Below are positions 60,173 through 64,000 of a stretch of DNA of 64,000 bases, one piece after another. A program made the position numbers and the translations under genes. This DNA comes from Marsupella aquatica. Its lineage: Eukaryota > Plantae > Marchantiophyta. The stretch lies in NCBI GenBank assembly GCA_973895155.1, contig OZ316898.1, positions 15,778,330 through 15,842,329 of the forward strand, given 5' to 3'. How positions within the stretch are numbered: position 1 is the stretch's first letter; each line of letters opens with the position of its first letter. The notes beneath the pieces are model-generated. The model saw only the letters and a program-made list of their open reading frames with translations. It had not been told where the DNA came from and did not search any database.

Positions 60173-63100
60173 CACTAGTAGAAACCGGGGCAATTTAGAC
60201 CATACCTTATAGGACTAAGCCCACTAAGTCCTTTTTCCATACTTGAAACGACTCGCACCCATTGCACCGGTTTTGTTGAAGACTACAAAAGACTATTAGT
60301 GTTTTATGGTTCACTAAAAGACTATGAGAAGTAACCTTGCTACTTTGTGAACGGTGAATAGTCTAGCACATCATGGGTAATGTTCACTTATGTTGAGGAG
60401 GGGTAATTCTGTAAAGAGGGAGATAGCAAGGGGCATAACTCAATAAATGGCCTTATTTGTGACAAAAAAGGTTTTGGAGTGAGGTTCATGGAGGGTGGAC
60501 TACGGAGGGATCGATTACTAACTCCATCAATAAAAGGCCGAGATGCACAAAGGTAGATTTGTACCGGTCTCAAGGGGGTGTGGGTTTAGGGTTAGGGGGT
60601 TGTCCAGGCGAAGAACACTCGATTGAAATAGTGACGCAATGGTTTAGGGTAAAGGAACATGTTTAGGGACCCTAACTTGTTTGCTGCCTTGGGAGGATCT
60701 TGAGAGCCTGAGCTTGCAAGCGGCATGCACTCTAAAAATGGCCCTTGGCATTGCAAAGATAGTCTGGCCACAGTCGAGTTGTGAAGACGTTTAGGGGGTT
60801 TATATGTCAAGGCTAGGGGGTGGCTGGGTTTTCACTAAAGGGGGTTTAGGGGGGTTTGATGTCAAGGGTCGGGGGTTGCATGTTAAGGGGATGGGGGTTT
60901 AGGAACCATTGGATCGTTGGCATCATGTCCATTGACATCATGTTCCCCATCATGTCCATTGACATCATATATGTCGGGAAAGATAATTGACAAATTATTC
61001 ATGAGGGTAGGCAATTTGGACAATGTTCACTTGTGTTCAGGAGGGGTAATTGCATAAATTAAGAGGGTGATGACAAGGGGCATCACTCATTAAATGGCCT
61101 TATTTGTGACCAAAAGAGGTTTGGTTTAATGAAGTTTGATCACCACAGATATTTGCTAAGGCCAAAGTATTTGTTTAGCGACACTACACTAAGTTGTCAC
61201 TCACAACACTTGAGTGAATGGAGGGGGTTTATGGAGGGTCAGGATAATCTTGCCGTTACCATGTCGGCAACACCAGTGACTTTGGTAAGGGTATCCCAAG
61301 CTAGGGGCCTGTACCGCTTGCAGTACCGTTTGGACACCCGAGTCGCGCGACCGTTGGAAGGGAACAAGCCGGTTATGCAACTTTGCTTACACTTAGCAGG
61401 TTGTTGATGTGTTTAGGGATCCCGCCACATTCCCAACTTGCGGAGCAAGGTTTATTGTGTTCTCTTGGTGGGATCGGGAGTTTAGGGATTGGAGCAAGGT
61501 TTATCGTGTTCTCTCGATGGGATTGGGAGCTTAGGGATCGGAGCAAGGTTTTCCGTGTAATCTTGGTGGGAACGTCTCTATAGTGAGGTTTAGTGTTCCC
61601 ATTTTCTTGTGGTCGGCTCTGTGGAATCCGAGAAGAGGGATCGGGAGTTTAGGGATGCTGCAATGACCGGCTCTCGAAGGGTGAGGTGAGACAACCTATT
61701 CAACGCCCTTTTGCTGCACCCTTAAGCTGTTGAGCTGCCATTGAGCTGGTGAAGCTGCATGCAGGTTGCATCTGTTCTATGGGCGCACTATCTGCCTGGT
61801 TTATGGATTGTGGACTTTGTGGGGAGCGACAATCGGTAACAACGTGAAGGCCATCAGAGGCTGGGCAAAGCAGTTTAGGGTGCTGTGGTCGAGGAGGAGC
61901 TCACCACAAATTGGGGAGAAGACGCGGGTGACGAGCTGGGGGCGGGGAGGAGCTGCGGTCAGGGAGGATACAGACCGTCTACAGAACGACTGGTAGTCGG
62001 AGCGGCGCAGGAGCTTAGAGTGGGCCAACGCCAGCTGAATACAAGCCAGGAGTTGCATAAGGTGAGAGTCCAAGTTTTGTGTTGCTTTAGTGTTCGAGCA
62101 GCGTGCTGCCATTTCAGCCACAGTGCACCGCCTTTGAAGCTCCCATTGTCAGGGCTGGTAAGACATCACGGCTACATTGCTTTTCTTTGTTGTCCTCTGT
62201 CTTTTTGTGGGGACAACCTACTTGATTTGAGCTGCGCAAATCGTCATAAGTTAAGGCATGCGTCATGCCATCTGGATAGTGTGCCACCGAACTGTGGGAG
62301 GATGAGCAACGCGTGGCTGTAAGCAGGTATTCTGTCAGCACAGGCGAGATTTCATTGTTAAAATCCTATTGCCTGCAATGTGTCTTGTAATGTGTTTTTC
62401 CTCATTCAATCAGGAGCTGAGAAGGGTATTGTTAGGCTTCAATTACTCTGTGTTTTTCTCCAGCTCCATGGTACAGTTTGTGCTTTGTCTGGCGCCCATG
62501 CTCCGTCGATCGTAGAGCTAGGTCAACCGAGCTTTGAAGAGGGAGGCTGTGGGAGCTCCTTACTGTGCTGCAGCTGCTCTTCAATCAACGGTGTAGAGAT
62601 TGTAGCTACGATCAGTGTTTGCGGAGCTGCCAGCCGGGTGCTTCGATAGTAGAGAAGAGCAGCCACAGTGATTCAGTCCTTCTCCTACGTGCAACCAAGG
62701 ACCCCTTGTGCATCGTAAAGTGTGACCTCGGAGCTGAGCTGCGCACTATCTCTATTACATGCCTTGTTGTTCTCTATTACATGCCTTGTTCTCCCGTCCA
62801 CTATTTCCTGTGATTTTCTTTCTTCTAGAAGAGAATGGTGATTTCTTCTTCAATCAAACAAAACCCCACCCAACCACCACCCAAGAACGTGGGGTGCGCG
62901 CTTCTCAATCCTCCTCAAACTGGCCCCAAGTCTGCTGAAACCCCATATATTACCCACCGGCACCAAGGGTCCAGTCCCAACCCGTCTTCCGCTTGCCACC
63001 CTCCTCACTCTCTCGCGCATCTATCTCCCGATATTTCACGCGCAGCCGAGCCCACCAAAAGCTCTCTCCCTACAATCCCTCCTAAATCAACTTTCTCGTT

Positions 63101-64000
63101 TCCTGCTGCTGCTGATGTATGTTTGTTCTCCCCTATTTTTGTTTACTGATTGGTCTCTCCACACTTCCTGCTTGACATTACTGTTTTGCTCCTCCTGGAT
63201 CCAAACATGCCTTGTGCCCCGTGCTCCAACCTGCATCCTTTTCTTTACTGAGGGGGGGACCACAGCCTCCAGCCATACCTTGTGGCAGGCCTGGTCAAGA
63301 CGGTGGTCGGTAGCTCGTTTTTGCTTTTTTCTCTTTTGTTTCCCAAGCTTCTGGGCGAGGGCATTACCATTCTGGATTCTCCGCGAGGCGCCACTAGCTT
63401 TTTTTCTCGGTTGCCCGTGTGCCTGCCTTCTTAGTTTTGTTTTTTCCTCAAGTGACCGGGCCATCGCTGTATGCAGATTTTTCTTGTTGTATTCATGTAC
63501 AATATTTTATTGTTCTATCTAGGTTGTGGCAAGCCAACAAACTGTTGACAACCAACATGGAATAACAACTATGCAGTGCAATGGCAGAGGACACTGTCCA
63601 ATACAGGAATGACATGGTTATGTTTTCAATTCCCTGCTTGGATGAGGCGTGGTGTTGCTTGTAATCATGTATTTCTTCACACTAGAAAAGCAGTTTGTCA
63701 GATGAGGTTGTCGGGATTGTCTGTGGGTCAGTCATCTTACGGACACCTAGCAACGTCAAATGAATGGCGGAAACGGGCCATGTTGTCATTTTGAAATTTG
63801 TCTTTCCTTTTGCCATGCTACCCAATCATTTTGTTAGTCCATGAGTCATAGATTCATAGATTCTATGTTTTGTGCTTTGTCTAGAATGCTATGGCGCCCA
63901 TGCTACAATTTGTGGTTTTTGTCTAAGCACAAATCCTCTCTGTGCCTGGTCTCTATGTACCGTCATTTGGATTGATTGTGCAGACGTTTCCTCTTCTCCC
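60173..64000. mobile_element. Probable CACTA element end with subterminal repeats, running off the window
   Basis: CACTAGTAGAAACC begins exactly where integrase homology stops. A ~110-bp repeat pair lies at 60380 and 61022, and ~49-bp repeats at 61440-61570. The far end is not seen. Confidence 0.5.

Noticed and set aside
59339-60178. Integrase as part of a gypsy LTR retrotransposon
   Set aside because: It begins close to a TGT terminus shared with 4-bp-TSD elements, and no RT or RNase H lies upstream.
61600-63600. Short ORFs as a recognisable gene or CACTA TnpA
   Set aside because: I could not identify any motif with confidence.

Overview
This is repeat-dense eukaryotic DNA with spliceosomal GT-AG introns and many CpG-type C>T lesions. 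It is probably from a non-seed land plant, inferred from the TE lineages. It consists almost entirely of nested transposable elements, and I found no convincing host gene, RNA gene or CRISPR array. The main discovery is an ~11.3 kb Mutator-like element (1477-12817) with imperfect TIRs and an 8-bp TSD. It carries a decayed GCM/WRKY-DDE-SWIM transposase and, divergently transcribed, a 5-exon ~1200-aa gene fusing a ParB/Srx-like N-terminal domain (DGNHR) to a beta-class N4/N6 DNA-methyltransferase-like C-terminal domain. A second diverged copy of this gene lies at 46111-56099 and a 357-bp MITE derivative at 34031-34387. All three carry a 15-bp palindrome, TAGCGCC-N-GGCGCTA (about 33 copies found by eye, in non-coding DNA and introns), suggesting a self-recognition or anti-silencing system. 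Other contents: an intact Bianca-type Ty1/copia whose 5' LTR is a fold-back hairpin; three Ginger-like elements (TGT...ACA ends, CCGG/CCGT-type 4-bp TSD); a 4.7-kb TG...CA element with a 5-bp TSD holding a long ORF; CACTA remnants; and a near-identical 2789-bp tandem duplication.
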